From NCBI GenBank assembly GCA_036172245.1, contig JAYWIR010000072.1, positions 310,001 to 374,000 on the forward strand: a stretch of 64,000 bases of DNA, written 5' to 3'. A program made the translations under genes and the position numbers. Source of the DNA: Raillietiella orientalis. Lineage: Eukaryota. Below, piece after piece: positions 61,641 through 64,000 of this stretch. The notes under the pieces are model-generated. The model made no database searches and was not told where the DNA came from. It saw nothing but the letters and a program-made list of their open reading frames with translations. Every line of letters starts with the position of its first letter. The stretch's first letter is position 1.

Positions 61641-64000
61641 TGCGGACGTGTTTTTCTTCGCTCTCGTCTCCGTGCTTTCATCCGCTTCATCTTGGCGTCG
61701 TACATTTTGACGACGATGTCGACCCAACTTGAAGCTACTGAAGTTGGAGGAACAGCATCTGGATCTGCAATCGCGGAACCGACGGCCGCCTCCACCTCGT
61801 CTTTCTCGCCAATGGAGAGGGGTTTTGCTGACGTTGCTGCCACAGCAGCCGTCAAAGGGAAACCACTCGACGAGTCGGAGTTGCGGGCAGACGTAGCCCA
61901 AGGCTATAGACCTGCTCTCCGATATAAGGTGAGTGGTTTTCTTTCTGCGCGCGACGTGAATCAGTTCAACGATGAACTGACGCGTGTTGGCGTGCGGGAG
62001 GAGGACCTTCTCGCCATTATGCCCGTAAAAGACATGGGCTATTTCAAGGTGCGTTGCAAAGACGCTGCACTTGTGCAACGTTTGCTGCGCACCCCGTTGT
62101 CGATCCGTGGCCAGAAGGTCTTCCCGGCCGCCATGGACGACTCATTTGTGGTGGAGATTTTCGACATCGAGTCGGAAATCTCCGATACTGATATTCGGAA
62201 CGCGTTGGCGAAATTCGCAACGGTCCATGCGCTGTGGAGGGTGCGTAGCAACCTCAAGGACTTCCCGTCCATACACAGCGGAGTCGCTGGAATCCAGCTT
62301 TGTGCCCGGACCGCCGTCTGCCTGCAAACTACAGCTGAATGACACGGTCGTTCACACGCAGTTCATCAGGCAAAGTAAAAACGTGCGAGCAATGCGGGAA
62401 GGGGGGGCATTGTTTGGATAAATGCCCCTCTGGAAAATGCCGAATTATTACAAACTATCCGAACTCCAGTGAAAATTGCCCGGATCTTTTGCGAAGAAAG
62501 GCAGCCGCAGAGCTCGATCTTAAAAAACAAAACGCGGATAAAAAGAAAAAATCTGCGAGAAACCTGGAGATTCCACGGCAGAAATTCCGAAAAAACGCGA
62601 GGCGGAATGTCGCCCCAAAGCAGCAGGAAACCTCGCAAGCGAAGCCCGGCGCGCCCCCTCTCGCGGCAGGGAAGCCGCAAAAGAAAGGGTGCGGGGAATC
62701 CGGGGCAATGGTAAGTCCCCCTAGGCGCAATAGCTGTCCTTCATAAGCACACTCAGCTCTTTCGGAGTTTTAGTAACCGGCGGGGACGTCAATCGACAAC
62801 GGAGGTAAGGACACTTCCAGTACCGTCAGATTCATTCCTCCACCTCCTGCAGTGGCTGAGAAGCACAAATCGGGTAAGAAGGGTTATGCCGTGTCGACTT
62901 TGAAAGTCGGCAAAGAAAAATCCGCGTCGAGATCCAACACCGCGAAAGCGGAGAAAAATCTCATGCCTTCGCAGTCGGATAGCAAGCTCTCGACTGGCGC
63001 GGATGCCATGCCAACGAAGGGATTAGAAGCCCTTCCGAAGGCACGGTCCATGACGAGCGTGTCGGAGCTATCGAAACTGCTCCAGTTTAAAGACGCGGAT
63101 GGCTTCAAAGATGGCAATGGAGCACAATCTCCATTTACGGCCTGCAGTGAACAATGAAGTAGGAGCCAGCAAGGTCCCTCGTTCTGTAGCTGCAGAGCAC
63201 GCACGCTGAAAACAACCTTCGGGAAAGCAGCCGTCACCAAAAGCGATGCCCTGGTGACGGAAAACGAAAACAGGACAGCTGTCAATCCAGCAGAACCTGT
63301 CACTGCTTCGCGGAAGGCCGAAATCCGATCGAACAGGCGCCGGTCGGACTCCGAAATGGATGCCGTTCCGATCACCGAGACGAGGACAACTCGTTCGAAA
63401 GCGTGTGCGCGCCGATCAAAAGTAGGCAGCCAGGCAACGCTCGCCGCGAAGCAACGCGAAGTCTCCACGAAACCCGACGGGGTTCAGCCTGGCGTGGAGG
63501 CATTACATGCATGCAGCACGACAGAGGACGGTGGCGACCGTCCCCTCCAGCCAGTCGTGCTGCTCGCCGTCTGCTCGCCGGATAAAGCGAGAAAAAAGCC
63601 GCCACCTTCCCAGCAGTAATGCGGGGAATCGCGTCTTCTCGTCGTCTGTCCGTAACGTGTTGGAACGTGAACGGACTGCAGAACGACGAGAAGAGGCGAT
63701 TAGTAGCCAACGCTCTGCGCCCCTTCGACCTCGCGCTCCTGCAGGAGATTCACGTAATCTCCGACGAGCAGGCAGCCGAAATCGAGGAGCGCGCAGGCGG
63801 AACGCTACATTGGCGGTGCGGCGGCGTACACACGTGCGGCGTCGCGTTCCTCGTAAGAGGAAAAATGGCGGAAGCGGTGCGTAGTGTTCGTTTCGATGAC
63901 AACGGACGGATAGGCCAGCTTGTCATCAAGTGGTCCGAGTCCATCGATCTCGTCGTTACGAACGTCTACGCGCCGAGTGGCTCTCGCTACCTCGAAGAAA
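61641..64000 (+). mobile_element. 5' end, ORF1 (frameshifted) and APE start, running off the window
   Basis: GTGCGGACGTGTTTTT; ORF 61692-62342; CEQCGKGGHCLDKC; TAATG at 63617; WNVNGL, NVYAP. Confidence 0.9.

Noticed and set aside
1..64000. Bacterial RT systems (retron, group II intron, DGR) or a CRISPR array
   Set aside because: The RTs are fused to APE or RLE domains with CCHC ORF1s and AATAAA ends; no repeat-spacer array or cas gene is visible
1..64000. LTR retrotransposon or DNA transposon
   Set aside because: No protease, integrase or transposase motifs, LTRs or terminal inverted repeats seen
1..64000. Species assignment
   Set aside because: The DPE-like motif and Utopia-like elements suggest an invertebrate, but nothing here identifies the organism

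Overview
This is eukaryotic repeat DNA with no recognisable host gene. About 55 kb consists of roughly 35 fragments of Tx1/L1-like non-LTR retrotransposons from several subfamilies (gag-like CCHC ORF1; ORF2 with APE endonuclease, YADD reverse transcriptase and a C-terminal CxxC..H..C finger). About 8.5 kb (15.25-23.8 kb) consists of NeSL/Utopia-like elements with an RLE endonuclease. The arrangement is not random. About 22 junctions join elements in opposite orientation, versus about 3 same-orientation internal junctions. Junctions recur at the same conserved ORF2 codons: QEI in the endonuclease, xGFG at its end, and DAKL and KAFD in the RT, with each subfamily apparently using its own site. 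This gives an alternating-strand nest about 5 layers deep (24.9-46.5 kb). The Tx1-like elements end in AATAAA + a CCCGG/CCGGG hairpin + TG with almost no poly(A), and begin with a GGACGTG DPE-like motif. Two tandem RLE elements are separated by about 68 bp of 28S rDNA from the R2/R4/R1 hotspot and lie antisense to it. All comparisons were made by eye, most boundaries are approximate (about 10-20 bp), and subfamily labels are my own.
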